From positions 44,318-108,317 of the forward strand of contig CAWHTK010000005.1 of NCBI GenBank assembly GCA_963832205.1: a stretch of DNA of 64,000 nt, written 5' to 3'. The notes under the pieces are model-generated. The model searched no databases, was not told the DNA's origin, and saw only the letters and a program-made list of their open reading frames with translations. Origin of the DNA: Blastocatellia bacterium (GTDB taxonomy: Bacteria > Acidobacteriota > Blastocatellia > UBA7656). Positions 51,156-61,274 of the stretch are shown here, one piece after another (positions within the stretch are counted from its first letter, which is position 1; every line of letters starts with the position of its first letter). Both the position numbers and the translations under genes were made by a program.

Positions 51156-54100
51156 CTAGAAGATAAACTTAACCGCAAGCTGAACGTTGCGGCGGTCCTG
51201 TGATCCGTCATTCCTCAGCCCGCGCACCGCGGGGATGAACTCCTGCGCGCTTATGTCGGTCTGGGTGGTGACAACATACAGGTTCGAGTGGTTGAAGATG
51301 TTAAAGAACTCGCCGCGCAGTTGCAGCGACTTGGTCTCGCTGATGCGGAAGTTCTTATAGATGCCCGTATCGAGGTTCCAGAAGCCCGGCCCGCGGAAGG
51401 CGTTGCGCCCCGTCATATTCGACGGGAAGGGGCCGAACTCCGAGTTGCCGGTATTCGGGTTGAGGAAGAACCCCGGAGTCAGCCCGGTGATGGGCAGATA
51501 CTGGAAGAGGTTCGGGGTCGAGGGATCGGCCGCCGGATTGTCCGAGCCTCTCGAAATCTGCTGCCCGGTCAGAGAAGCCCGAGGGCAGACAGCGAATACT
51601 GCGTTCGTGCAGTCGAAGACGGTAAACGGCGTGCCGGTGTGCGCGCTGAATATACCGTTTACGCTCCACCCGCCGAGCACCTTCCCGAGCAGACCTTCCT
51701 GGCTCTTGTAAGCCGGAATCTGCCATACGAAGCTCGATACGAACCGGTGCCTTATGTCGAAGTCGGCGTCGCCGCGATCAAGCTCAGGATTGAACGGATC
51801 GAGCAGGCCGAGGTTGTTGTTGTTCAGTGAATCGCTGAACGTAGAGCTGAGATTGTCAATGGCGTGCGACCAGGTGTATCGCGCCGTCAACTGGAGCCCG
51901 ATGTTTTCGAGCAGCGGGCTCTCGTACCCGAGCGTCAGGCCGTTGTAGTTCGAGAATCCAAGATTCCCGCGCGTGTTGAGGTTCGAGTACTGAGTGTTCA
52001 ATCGCGCCGAGCAGCTCGCGATGTTTGTCGGGTCGCATGGAATGCCGAGGTACACGTTGCCCATGCCGGGACGGTTCGGGTCCGTCAGGTCGTAAAGGTC
52101 GCGACCCGCCGAGCCGGAATACTCTGCCGATACCACTCCGCGAAACATCCTGCGCTCGACCGCCAGGCTCCAGAAGTGGGCGTAGGCGTTGACTATGTCC
52201 GGGTTGACCATGCGGAGGCTCGTGCGCGGGAGCACCTTGCTGCCGGTGCCCGCGAGCGGCCCCGCGTTGCTGCGGGTGATGAACAACTCGTTGACGTCGG
52301 ACCCGGCCGTCAGCGAAACCACCGCGTAGTTGGGCGGGTTCTGTATGACGTTGAAGGTCACGTTTCCGAAGTTGCGCTCGTAGGCCATGCCGTAGCCGCC
52401 GCGGAGGCTGGTGTTGCCGTCGCCGAATATGTCCCAAGCAAAACCGACTCGCGGCGCGAAGTTATTCTTATCCGGTTTCCAGAGCGCGCCGATCGGAGAG
52501 TCAGGGGCCCTGAAGACCTGGCCGTTTGCGATTCGCTCCTGGATCGTAGCGCCGGACCCAAGATAGAAGTTTGCGTCGAGCTCTTCCTTGTTGTTGTGCT
52601 GCACGCCGTAGTACTCGTAGCGCAGCCCAAGGTTTAGCGTGAAGGTCGGGCGCACCTTCCAGGAATCGTTGAAGTAGGCCGCCCACTCGTGGTAGCGGTT
52701 CGAGCGGCTGAAGCTGGGCGGCCCGGCCGGAAGTGTGACTTCCTCGCCGGGGAACTTGCCCTGCGGGTCAATCGCCCCCTGGAAGCTGAGCAGGTTTCCG
52801 GTGATCAGGTTATCGAGCGCGTTGCCAAGATTGCTGCCCAGCGTCTGGACAGAGTTGAGGAACGCGCCGAACGTGCGGTTCGACTGGATATAAACGTACT
52901 GCCCGCCGAATCGAAACGTGTGCGCCCCGCGAGAGTAGTTCAAATCCTCGTTCAACTGTATGAGGTTCTGCGGGCCGCCCGATGGGATCGCGAGTCCGGG
53001 CGAGAACGGCAGGTACCCCGGCAGCGCAATCGGCACGCCGTTCACGCTCGTCGAGGCCGCCCTCAGATAGAGGGTCGGGCCGGGGGCCTGCTCGCCCAGG
53101 GGCGACTGCGAGTTCTGGCGGCTGTAGGCCACCTTCGATTGAGAGACCCATCGCGGGTTGATCGTGTGGGTAACCGACAGGAGTATGTTGTCGTTTCGCG
53201 CCGTGCCGCCGGTGTCGAATCCCGCGTAGGGGCTGAAGCCGACCGTGCCCGCGAAAAAGTCCTGCCCCTGTAGCGCGTACCGGCCATAAAGCTGTGTCTT
53301 GTCGCTTATGTTCCAGTCGCCTCGGCCTAAGAGCAGGTAAGTATTCTGAGGCAGTCCGCCGCCGGCATCTGCCGGGAGCTGGCGGATGACTTCGCCAAAT
53401 ATGGGTAGGCTCGCCGGCAGGTTCGCGAAAGGCCCCGTGGCGTTCGCGCCGGTGATGTCGCTACGACGGAAGGTGCGCCCGTTTATCGGCGTGCCGAGCT
53501 GGTAGGCGCTAAAGAAGTCGCGCGTGGTCGCCGATGTCCGGGCCAGGAATTCCGGCGTGGGGACGAGCGAGCTGAAAGGCGTTGTGCTGCGCACCCGAAT
53601 CCATTCCGTGCTGTTGAAGAAGAAGACCTTGTCCCTTATGACGGGACCGCCTACCGAATAGCCGAACTGATTGCGGGTGAATACGCCCTTCTCGGCCCCG
53701 ATGGCGTTGTCGTTGAACCCGGTGGCCGCAAGCGCCGAGATGCGATTGAACTCGTATATGGTCCCGTGGAAATCGTTCGTACCCGACTTGGTCGCCACGT
53801 TTACCACGCCGCCCGTGGCTCGCCCGAACTCGGCCGAAAAGTTTCCGGTGATGACCTGAAACTCCTGTACGGCGTCGAGCGGGACGCTCTGGCCCACGGT
53901 GGCGGTGAACTGATCGTTATTGTCCGTCCCGTCGAGCAGTATGTTCGTGCTCGCCGAGCGCTGTCCGTTGATGGCAAACCCCGCGCCTCGGCCGGCCGCG
54001 CCGTCCGGGTCGCTCTCGTCGCCGGGCGATACGTTGCCCGCGATCTGGACGAGCGCATACGGGTTGCGGGTGAGCGTCGGCAATTCGACAATCTGACGCT

Positions 54101-54563
54101 CGGAGACTACGCTCGAAAGCATCTGCGTCTCGGTGTTGACCGCGACGCCGCTCTCGCCGGCTATGACGGTGACCTGCTCGGACGCGGCCTGCGCCGAGAG
54201 GTCGAAATCAAGGGCCAGCGGGGTGCCGACCGTAATCTGCGCCCTCTTTGTATTAGCGGAAAAGCCGGAGGCTTCGATCGTCACGTCATAGAGCCCCGGC
54301 TTCATGTTTGAAAGTGTGTAGGTGCCTTCGTCTGTTGTCGTAGTACGTCGCTCAGCGCCGGTGTCAACCGATTTCGCCAGGACTGTTGCGCCGGATACGA
54401 CCGCCCCTTGCGGGTCGGTTACGGTCCCCCGTAATGATCCGGTTTCATTCTGGGCGAAAGCGGCCGTCGCGCCTTGCGACAGCAGAAGAGAGAATACAAG
54501 GACGCTCACCTTTAGCGCGTCCATTACTCTCCTCGCTTTCTTGCTCAATTTGAAAACACTCAT
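51156..54563 (-). CDS. TonB-dependent outer-membrane receptor with N-terminal carboxypeptidase-regulatory-like domain (Acidobacteria-type)
   Basis: Signal peptide, NETGSLRGTVTDPQGAVVSGATVLAKSVDTGAERRTTTTDEGTYTLSNMKPGLYDVTIEASGF, plug and barrel, C-terminal ...LAVKFIF; start ambiguous (54647/54563/54524). Confidence 0.8.
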   Translation of the reverse strand: MSVFKLSKKARRVMDALKVSVLVFSLLLSQGATAAFAQNETGSLRGTVTDPQGAVVSGATVLAKSVDTGAERRTTTTDEGTYTLSNMKPGLYDVTIEASGFSANTKRAQITVGTPLALDFDLSAQAASEQVTVIAGESGVAVNTETQMLSSVVSERQIVELPTLTRNPYALVQIAGNVSPGDESDPDGAAGRGAGFAINGQRSASTNILLDGTDNNDQFTATVGQSVPLDAVQEFQVITGNFSAEFGRATGGVVNVATKSGTNDFHGTIYEFNRISALAATGFNDNAIGAEKGVFTRNQFGYSVGGPVIRDKVFFFNSTEWIRVRSTTPFSSLVPTPEFLARTSATTRDFFSAYQLGTPINGRTFRRSDITGANATGPFANLPASLPIFGEVIRQLPADAGGGLPQNTYLLLGRGDWNISDKTQLYGRYALQGQDFFAGTVGFSPYAGFDTGGTARNDNILLSVTHTINPRWVSQSKVAYSRQNSQSPLGEQAPGPTLYLRAASTSVNGVPIALPGYLPFSPGLAIPSGGPQNLIQLNEDLNYSRGAHTFRFGGQYVYIQSNRTFGAFLNSVQTLGSNLGNALDNLITGNLLSFQGAIDPQGKFPGEEVTLPAGPPSFSRSNRYHEWAAYFNDSWKVRPTFTLNLGLRYEYYGVQHNNKEELDANFYLGSGATIQERIANGQVFRAPDSPIGALWKPDKNNFAPRVGFAWDIFGDGNTSLRGGYGMAYERNFGNVTFNVIQNPPNYAVVSLTAGSDVNELFITRSNAGPLAGTGSKVLPRTSLRMVNPDIVNAYAHFWSLAVERRMFRGVVSAEYSGSAGRDLYDLTDPNRPGMGNVYLGIPCDPTNIASCSARLNTQYSNLNTRGNLGFSNYNGLTLGYESPLLENIGLQLTARYTWSHAIDNLSSTFSDSLNNNNLGLLDPFNPELDRGDADFDIRHRFVSSFVWQIPAYKSQEGLLGKVLGGWSVNGIFSAHTGTPFTVFDCTNAVFAVCPRASLTGQQISRGSDNPAADPSTPNLFQYLPITGLTPGFFLNPNTGNSEFGPFPSNMTGRNAFRGPGFWNLDTGIYKNFRISETKSLQLRGEFFNIFNHSNLYVVTTQTDISAQEFIPAVRGLRNDGSQDRRNVQLAVKFIF

Positions 54564-54801
54564 CTGTGCCTCCTGAAGTGTGCTTGTGCTTTCGGCCGCG
54601 GCCCGGGTCTTGACACTGCAATCCCTTCTGGCCGAGACCAAGAGCAACGGGCTGTTCGCAATACGGAATCGTTGAGCAAGTTTAGGTGTAGCTTCGCCAG
54701 GGCCGTAATAGATTTGGGATGAATCAATCGACGGTTGTGACGAGCGGGCCGAAATTCATGACGGGCCGCTTCAGAGTTTTGCGTCCCGCTCGCCCGAATC
54801 T

Positions 54802-55401
54802 TCATTCAATCCTTTTGGCAATAGCGCCCTCCCACTTCCGAGCGTCAAGCCAATCAACGCCGCCGACGACCATGCTCGTCCTTCTCGTCGAAGGGTCGTA
54901 AACCCACATCCCCCGAGACGTGACGGTGAAGACCGGTATGCCGTACTTTATCGCGACCCTGATGTCATCGGGCTGGGGCCTGGGGTCCGACGTGTTGGGG
55001 TGTGTGTGGACGAGCGCGATTGCGGCCGGGTGCCATTTGAAGGTGAATCTCTTAAACTCGTTGGTCGTCCCCTGAGACCTCGCGGTGTATGTGCCGTCCA
55101 CCATCCTCAGGATCAGGACCACGCCTTCGGTCTGTCCTGCGCCGTTGCCGGATTGCCTCCATATCTTGCCGAACTCTTTTACGACTTCCGGGTTGAACTT
55201 CGAGATCGCATACGCGGCGTTGATGATCGCGGGCGCGGGGGGCGCAAGCAGTCTCGCGCGCTCTGCTTCGGCGGTTAATAAACCTTTCGCGCCGCCTATA
55301 TTCCCGAGCAGCAGAATGAACCCGGCGCTCGATACCTGCCCATTAACCGCGTTGCCGGTCAGCAAAAAAGAGCAGACTACGACCTGAACCAATCGCTTCA
55401 T
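54802..55401 (-). CDS. Secreted hypothetical protein with degenerate RadC/JAB-like HTHPNTSDPRPQPDD motif
   Basis: Signal peptide MKRLVQVVVCSFLLTGNAVNGQ; no confident family match. Confidence 0.35.
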   Translation of the reverse strand: MKRLVQVVVCSFLLTGNAVNGQVSSAGFILLLGNIGGAKGLLTAEAERARLLAPPAPAIINAAYAISKFNPEVVKEFGKIWRQSGNGAGQTEGVVLILRMVDGTYTARSQGTTNEFKRFTFKWHPAAIALVHTHPNTSDPRPQPDDIRVAIKYGIPVFTVTSRGMWVYDPSTRRTSMVVGGVDWLDARKWEGAIAKRIE

Positions 55402-55593
55402 GGTTGCCCCCCCCGTGGCCGACCTATCCGGATGGCACGGATGGCGGCCATTATTTTTTCTCTATTCCGCCCCGAAGTGGTGAAGTGATACGGCGCAAGT
55501 TTAGTTTAATGTCTTGTGCGCGAGAACAGGTTTGGGATGAATAAGGCGCGGGTTGGGACGAGTGACGCAAAAGAGATGACGAGCCGCCGCAGT

Positions 55594-56373
55594 TTACAGC
55601 GGCCGTCCCAGTATCTCGTGCAGTTTTTCCTTGTAGCTGCGCGACAGCGTGAGCTGTACGCCTTCGCGCAGTATTATGCGGTATTCGCCGTGGAACCACG
55701 GCTGAAGCTCTTGTATGCGGTCTATGTTGACTATGGCGGAGCGGTGGACGCGGACGAATCGCCGCGGGTCTAGCTGCGATTCCAGAGCGCTGATCGTGTC
55801 GCGTAGCAGGTAGGACTCTTTACCCGTGTGCAGTCGGACATAATTGCCCTCGGCTTCGAGCCAGTCGATCTCTTCGGCCCGGACAAAAAAGATGTGCCCG
55901 TTCATCTTTATGACGAGTCGTTCCAGGTGTGTGGGCTTGCTCTTTATCTGTTCCAGGGCGTCGAGTATTCGGCGGCTTACGTTCTCGCTCTTTTCGGTCA
56001 CGATGTGGGCTTTCGCCCGTTCGAGCGCCTTCTCGAATCGCTCCCTGTCGAATGGTTTTAGCAAATAGTCGAGCGCATAAACATCAAACGCGCGGACCGC
56101 ATACTGGTCGTAAGCGGTGACGAAAACAATGGCGGGCATGCTTTCGGCGTCGAGCTCCTCAATCACCGAGAACCCATCCATGCCCGGCATCTCGACGTCA
56201 AGAAATATCAGGTCCGGCAGATGTTTCTGTATGGCTTCGAGCGCTTCTTCGCCGCTCGCGCATTCTTCGATTATCTGTATCTCCTGATCTTCTGCCAGCA
56301 TGTCGCGGATTCGCTCGCGCGCAAGAGATTCGTCATCAACTATCAGAGTACGAATACACTTTGAGCCTGTCAT
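55594..56373 (-). CDS. LytTR-family two-component response regulator
   Basis: REC domain LIVDDESLARERIRDML...PDLIFLDVEMPGMDGF... plus C-terminal LytTR DNA-binding domain. Confidence 0.9.
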   Translation of the reverse strand: MTGSKCIRTLIVDDESLARERIRDMLAEDQEIQIIEECASGEEALEAIQKHLPDLIFLDVEMPGMDGFSVIEELDAESMPAIVFVTAYDQYAVRAFDVYALDYLLKPFDRERFEKALERAKAHIVTEKSENVSRRILDALEQIKSKPTHLERLVIKMNGHIFFVRAEEIDWLEAEGNYVRLHTGKESYLLRDTISALESQLDPRRFVRVHRSAIVNIDRIQELQPWFHGEYRIILREGVQLTLSRSYKEKLHEILGRPL

Positions 56374-56451
56374 GTGAACGCTCCCCTGGCTCTTTAACGA
56401 AGGAACGTTCGAGGAGGTTCGATTTTGTATGATTTCGTATTTCCGGCGCGC

Positions 56452-57606
56452 TCAATCCTTGTTAAAAGGTATCTCCAGGATTACCGTCAGCCCGCCCCTG
56501 GAGGTATTCATAAGGTCAAGCCGGTGAGAATCCCCGTAGAGCTGTCTGAGCCTTGCTTCAGTGTTCGCGAGCCCTACACCCTGCTTAACTATCCCGCCCG
56601 TGCCGCCGTTCATGGGGATGCCGGGCCCGTTGTCGGTCACCATGATGTGGAGGTATTCGTCGAAGCGTTTCGCCTCGATCTCGATCCGGCCCGCGTCTTT
56701 TCGCGGCGCGATCCCATGTTTTATCGCGTTTTCGACAATCGGTTGCAGAATCAGGTTCGGCAGCCTCGCGCTGAGCGCCTGGGGGTCGATCTTTAAATCG
56801 ACCGTCAGCCGGTCGCGAAAGCGTATGCGCTCGATTTCGAGGTAGCACCTCAAGAACTCGATCTCCTGTTGAAGCGAAACCTCCTGCGTGCCGGCGTTGT
56901 CGAGCGTGAGGCGAAGAAAATCGCCCAGCTTTGCGATCATCTTTTCGGCGGAGTCCGGGTTCTTATGAACGAGCGCCGATATGGAATGGAGCGTATTGAA
57001 GAGGAAATGCGGGTGGAGCTGCATCTTCAGCGCCTGAAGCTGTGCCTGCGCAAGTTGCGCCTCCAGGCGCGAGGCCAGTATCTCGCCTTCGCGCGCGCGC
57101 CGGTAATAATTCATCGCGTAGCTGATCAGTAGTATCAGCCAGTAGATCATCGCGCCGTAGTCGAAAAAGAAATAGACGTTGAGGATCAGCCTCGACAAGG
57201 GTATCCACATGTCCATCTCAAGGACGTAGTATATGAACATAAGGTCGCGAAGCAAGCGCGTGGCGAACCCTATTATCAGAGAGGCGAGCACGTGAATCCC
57301 TACGCCGCGCAGCCAGTTCGTGCGTTCGAGCGGGAATCGATGCGCGAGCCACAGCGTCAGCGGCGTAAGCGCCGCCCATACGTATGCGAACGACATCTCG
57401 GCTATGAGAATCTTGAGCCAGCTTACGGGCTGTTCGCGCCGGCTGTAGGCAAGCGTGGTCTGGCTCCACAAAAATAGCCCGAAGATCGTCCATATCAAAA
57501 TAATCAGCAGGACGCGGACCCAGCGGCGGTCTAAGAGTCTGTTTGATTCCATCTTTATCTCTGCGGGAGAGGCCGTTACACGCACCCCGTATTCACAAAA
57601 TAGCAC
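56452..57606 (-). CDS. LytS/YehU-type sensor histidine kinase
   Basis: Multiple TM helices, His_kinase motif LQAQLHPHFLFNTLHSISALV, HATPase_c (IVENAIKHGI...DNGPGI). Confidence 0.85.
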   Translation of the reverse strand: MLFCEYGVRVTASPAEIKMESNRLLDRRWVRVLLIILIWTIFGLFLWSQTTLAYSRREQPVSWLKILIAEMSFAYVWAALTPLTLWLAHRFPLERTNWLRGVGIHVLASLIIGFATRLLRDLMFIYYVLEMDMWIPLSRLILNVYFFFDYGAMIYWLILLISYAMNYYRRAREGEILASRLEAQLAQAQLQALKMQLHPHFLFNTLHSISALVHKNPDSAEKMIAKLGDFLRLTLDNAGTQEVSLQQEIEFLRCYLEIERIRFRDRLTVDLKIDPQALSARLPNLILQPIVENAIKHGIAPRKDAGRIEIEAKRFDEYLHIMVTDNGPGIPMNGGTGGIVKQGVGLANTEARLRQLYGDSHRLDLMNTSRGGLTVILEIPFNKD

Positions 57607-58056
57607 AAAGACGCGCGTTCTAGCCGCTTAAAAACGAGTGATCTGAATGGCCTAGACTATCGGCGGGCGCGCGCGGGACAAAAGGCTCGAAAGCCCATTG
57701 CCGCCGCCGGCCCGTTCTGGCAGGCGGTCTGGCGTTGCCTCGCCGCCTCACACAAGACAACACGCTGAAACTACAGCCTGTCATTCTTATGTAAGAAAGA
57801 TTCTTTACAAACATAACTGTGACGAAGCGGCCTGATAAAATGACGAAACGGCCTGATCTCATTTAGGAAGGCCGGCGTGCCGCCGAAATTGGCGCAGGAG
57901 CGCGATCTTTTTACATGCCGCCCCTGTGCGGATTGGCATTAGATTCAACCCGTTTCTATAAACATCGCACCGCTTGCTTACCTTTCCGCCGCCCCGCGCT
58001 GTAGAATAGATGCGGGGACGGCATTGAATTGAATTTGGGAGGCAGAGCGCCAGAGC

Positions 58057-58911
58057 TTGCAACGACAAATAGCGCAGATAGGCAAGGAAGCCGGTGCCGA
58101 AGCAGTAGCGGCCGCCTTCTACGATTACGAGACCGAAACATCCTGGAGTTATCACGGCGACCGCTGGTTTCATGCCGCAAGTACCATAAAGGTCGCAGTG
58201 CTGGCCTCGGTATTCCGCGCCGTCAACGACGGAGTTTTTCAATTAAGCTCGCGCGTGCATGTCCGCAATCGCTTTTTGAGCGTGGTCAACGGCGAGCCCT
58301 ATCGCATCCCGACGACGCGCGACGCCAACTCAAAAGTCCACGCTTCGCTCGGCCGCACGATGAACGTGCAGGAGCTCGCCTTTCATATGATCGTCACCAG
58401 CAGCAACCTAGCGACGAACCTGCTGCTCGATTTAGTGGGCGTCGAGCGGGCCGGGCGTCTCGCCCAGGAGATAAAGCCGGACGGCATAAAGCTCAAGCGC
58501 GGCGTCGAAGACGACAAGGCTTTTGAAGCGGGCATAAACAACACCGTCACCGCCAACGGCCTCCTCAGCCTCTTCCGCGCGATACAGGATGAGCGGGGCT
58601 TTACGCACGATTCCTCGCAAAAGATGCTGAGCATACTCAACCAGCAGGAGTTCAACGGCGGCATCCCGGCCGGGCTCCCCGCGCGCGTGCGCGACGTGGC
58701 CCGCATCGCGCACAAGACGGGGGAGATTTCGACCGTCGCGCACGACGCAGGTGTCGTCTTGATACCTAAACGAAAGCCCTACGTCGTCGCCATCCTCACC
58801 GAATGGGGCGAGGAGACCAGTTCGGGGAGGCAGGAGACTCTGGCCGGAATATCGAAGGCCATATACACGGAACTGATCGAACAGGAACACGCGGGGGCTC
58901 GCAATGAGTAG
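58057..58911 (+). CDS. Class A beta-lactamase-like serine hydrolase
   Basis: SxxK (STIKV), SDN-like (SSNLATN), KTG (AHKTGEIS); 8-nt overlap with the next gene. Confidence 0.7.
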   Translation: MQRQIAQIGKEAGAEAVAAAFYDYETETSWSYHGDRWFHAASTIKVAVLASVFRAVNDGVFQLSSRVHVRNRFLSVVNGEPYRIPTTRDANSKVHASLGRTMNVQELAFHMIVTSSNLATNLLLDLVGVERAGRLAQEIKPDGIKLKRGVEDDKAFEAGINNTVTANGLLSLFRAIQDERGFTHDSSQKMLSILNQQEFNGGIPAGLPARVRDVARIAHKTGEISTVAHDAGVVLIPKRKPYVVAILTEWGEETSSGRQETLAGISKAIYTELIEQEHAGARNE

Positions 58912-59506
58912 CGACCGCGCGCTCCCGTTGAGGATCGTCGATGGACTGACCCTGGACGAAAAGTACCGCGCCGTGTTGCGCCCCGGCGAGATACTGGAGG
59001 ACCGGCAGGGCCGCGCGCGAAGGCTCCCGCGATTCTTCTACGAGGTGGATTCGAGGCAGACGGCGCAGGAGACCGAGCTTGCGCCGCACTTCGCGCTCTG
59101 GGAGTTCATCGACACGGATGTGCGCGAGGCCGAGGTGCTCCGGAGGTTTCCCCGCTACATACCCTGCGCGGTGACGCTTCTGGCGCTCCACCTTGAGCTG
59201 TTCCGGCAAGAGGTGAATACGATCGTGCGCATCGCCGCAAACGGGGGATACCGCTCGCCCGGCCACGCAATTTCAAGGTATGCCTCCCCCCATAACTGGG
59301 GCACGGCGGCGAACATTTATCAGATAGGCGACGAGTACCTGGACGAGCAGGAGAAGATCGAGCGGTTCAATTCAATCGCGGCAAGGGCGCTGCCCGGCGT
59401 ATGGACGCGGCCCTATGGGCACAACGTCGGCTATGCGGACGACCACATCCATCTGGATATTGGCTATGTCACGGTGGTCCCGCGCGACGCGCCGGGCGAG
59501 GAGTAG
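58904..59506 (+). CDS. Peptidase M15-like (VanY/DUF882-type Zn D,D- or L,D-peptidase fold)
   Basis: GYRSPGHAISRYASPHNWGTAANI ... DDHIHLD resembles the SxHxxGxAxD / DxxH zinc site of M15 peptidases (Asp replaced by Asn). Confidence 0.5.
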   Translation: MSSDRALPLRIVDGLTLDEKYRAVLRPGEILEDRQGRARRLPRFFYEVDSRQTAQETELAPHFALWEFIDTDVREAEVLRRFPRYIPCAVTLLALHLELFRQEVNTIVRIAANGGYRSPGHAISRYASPHNWGTAANIYQIGDEYLDEQEKIERFNSIAARALPGVWTRPYGHNVGYADDHIHLDIGYVTVVPRDAPGEE

Positions 59507-59525
59507 CGACCGCGGGCGTTTGTGA

Positions 59526-60812
59526 GTGCGAGCACAGGGAAGTGGGTTGGCAGTGATCGACAAAGTAAAACAGTCGCCTCTTGGCGATAAATCATCACCC
59601 GCGGTCGAGCGCGCGGCTCTGTTGGAGCTTGCCGCGATCGGGATGGAGTCGGAGTTTTCGCTCGTCATAAACGGCGAGCCGGTGACGCCGGAAGAGGCAT
59701 TCGGCGACCCGCGTGCTTTTATGAGCAGACCCTTGATGCACAGGCAGGGGACTTCTTATCACCTCCCGACGGGCGGCGCGGTCTATTTTGATACCGGGGT
59801 CATAGAGGTGGCGACCCCGGTCATCGAGATTGAGCGCGGGTGCGCGGCGCGCGCCGGGAGGTCGCTTTGGGAGGCGATTCTCTTCGTCCGGGCCGAGCTG
59901 GACGAATGGGAGCGCCGCACCGGAAACGACGCCCGGCTCGTAGGGTTCAGCGCCCATTACAATATCTCATTCGAGATACCGGCGGCCCGGCAGGGCGCGA
60001 ACCGGACGATTGAAAAGCTCGCGCTGTTGCTCTCCTACATACTGCCTATCCCTGTGATGCTGCTTGCGACCAACCGCCGCTCGACCGGCGTGGGCGTGCG
60101 CCCGCGCGGCGACCGCGTGGAGATAACCGTGGACTTCACGCCAAGCTCGTCGCTTATGATAGCGACCGCCACGCTCATCACCGGCATCGTGCGCGACGTG
60201 ATGAGATGGCCCTCGTTCGAGTTAGCCGCGCTCAAAGAGAAGGGCGTGCCGGTCATTCGCGGCTACCGCCCCATGCCTCATACGACGCGGAAGGGATGGC
60301 TCGGCCGCTTTGACTGCTACCCGGCCAACCCCTTTTCCTCGTGCGTTGACGATTCGCGCTGGGAGCTTGACGGCGGCTGCGATAATGAGCGAGCGAGCGA
60401 GCACTCGGTCGCGAGCCTCCGCGAGATAGCGGAGAGTATATTCAAAAGGTTCTGGCGGCCCATCGCCCGGATGTCAGACCCGTTCACCTTCAAGCTGATA
60501 GAATCGGTCATCAGCGGCCGCGCGCCTTCGCTGCTCGATCTGGACGACCGCCCGCCTGAATACGAGGACGTCGGCAGGCTCTGCGCGTGGGACAACCTCT
60601 TCCCCGAAAGCGTGCTGGCGCGCTCTCGCTACGAGCGGGTGCTCATGCGCGCAATATCGGGCCGCAAGCTCATACTCGGCGGCGCGCGTTACAGGCCGGT
60701 GGGGATGCGCGGGTGGTCCGAAGTCGTATTCCGGCGCGACGAAGACGGAACACGCCACGTCTTTTCGATTGACGTTCTCGTTAAGTACCTGGATAAATGG
60801 GAACGTTGCTGA
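59526..60812 (+). CDS. Hypothetical protein, possibly GCS2/YbdK-like carboxylate-amine ligase (amidoligase)
   Basis: N-terminal AIGMESEFSLVINGEPVT resembles the G-[IV]-E-x-E-[FM] start of GCS2 ligases; weak, unconfirmed. Confidence 0.3.
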   Translation: MRAQGSGLAVIDKVKQSPLGDKSSPAVERAALLELAAIGMESEFSLVINGEPVTPEEAFGDPRAFMSRPLMHRQGTSYHLPTGGAVYFDTGVIEVATPVIEIERGCAARAGRSLWEAILFVRAELDEWERRTGNDARLVGFSAHYNISFEIPAARQGANRTIEKLALLLSYILPIPVMLLATNRRSTGVGVRPRGDRVEITVDFTPSSSLMIATATLITGIVRDVMRWPSFELAALKEKGVPVIRGYRPMPHTTRKGWLGRFDCYPANPFSSCVDDSRWELDGGCDNERASEHSVASLREIAESIFKRFWRPIARMSDPFTFKLIESVISGRAPSLLDLDDRPPEYEDVGRLCAWDNLFPESVLARSRYERVLMRAISGRKLILGGARYRPVGMRGWSEVVFRRDEDGTRHVFSIDVLVKYLDKWERC

Positions 60813-60819
60813 TGCGGCG

Positions 60820-61254
60820 ATGATACTGAATAACCAAAAAAGGCGGCCGACAGACGTCGCGCTGCCCGACCATGCCATAGAGATGCTCGGCTCGTATTTT
60901 CCGGGGCTCGATTTGAAGAGGGTCTGCATCCGCGAGGGCGTCCCGTGGTATGTGCCTCTGAGCGCATCGGCATATACGGACAGGGCAGTGATCTACTTCA
61001 AGCCCGGCACGTATGACCCCAATTCGGCGGCCGGGCTGGCACACATAGCGCACGAGCTTGCGCACACGGCGCAGTACACCGAGCACGGCAAATGGCGCTT
61101 CAGGGCGCTTTATATCGGCTCCTGGCTCCGCAACCTTTTCAGGCACCGCTCGTTCGTGCCCGCCTATCGGGAGAATAGATTCGAGGAAGAGGCGCGCCGC
61201 CTGGCGGAGGTCGTCTTTAATGACCTGTGTAAAAAGTTCGGGGGCCAGTATTAA
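60820..61254 (+). CDS. DUF4157-family putative Zn-metallopeptidase (HExxH)
   Basis: LPDHAIEMLGSYFPGLDLKRVCIREG...YTDRAVIYFKPGTYDPNSAAGLAHIAHELAHTAQY matches the DUF4157 pattern ending in lAHELtHvvQ; start MILNNQKRRP just after upstream stop. Confidence 0.7.
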   Translation: MILNNQKRRPTDVALPDHAIEMLGSYFPGLDLKRVCIREGVPWYVPLSASAYTDRAVIYFKPGTYDPNSAAGLAHIAHELAHTAQYTEHGKWRFRALYIGSWLRNLFRHRSFVPAYRENRFEEEARRLAEVVFNDLCKKFGGQY

Positions 61255-61274
61255 CTTTATGGAGGATTCGATCA

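Noticed and set aside
51288-54311. Many plus-strand ORFs (e.g. 51864-52637, 52689-53273, 53766-54311) opposite the TonB-dependent receptor gene
   Set aside because: They are antisense to a 1163-aa gene with clear receptor domains and have Arg-rich nonsense-like products.
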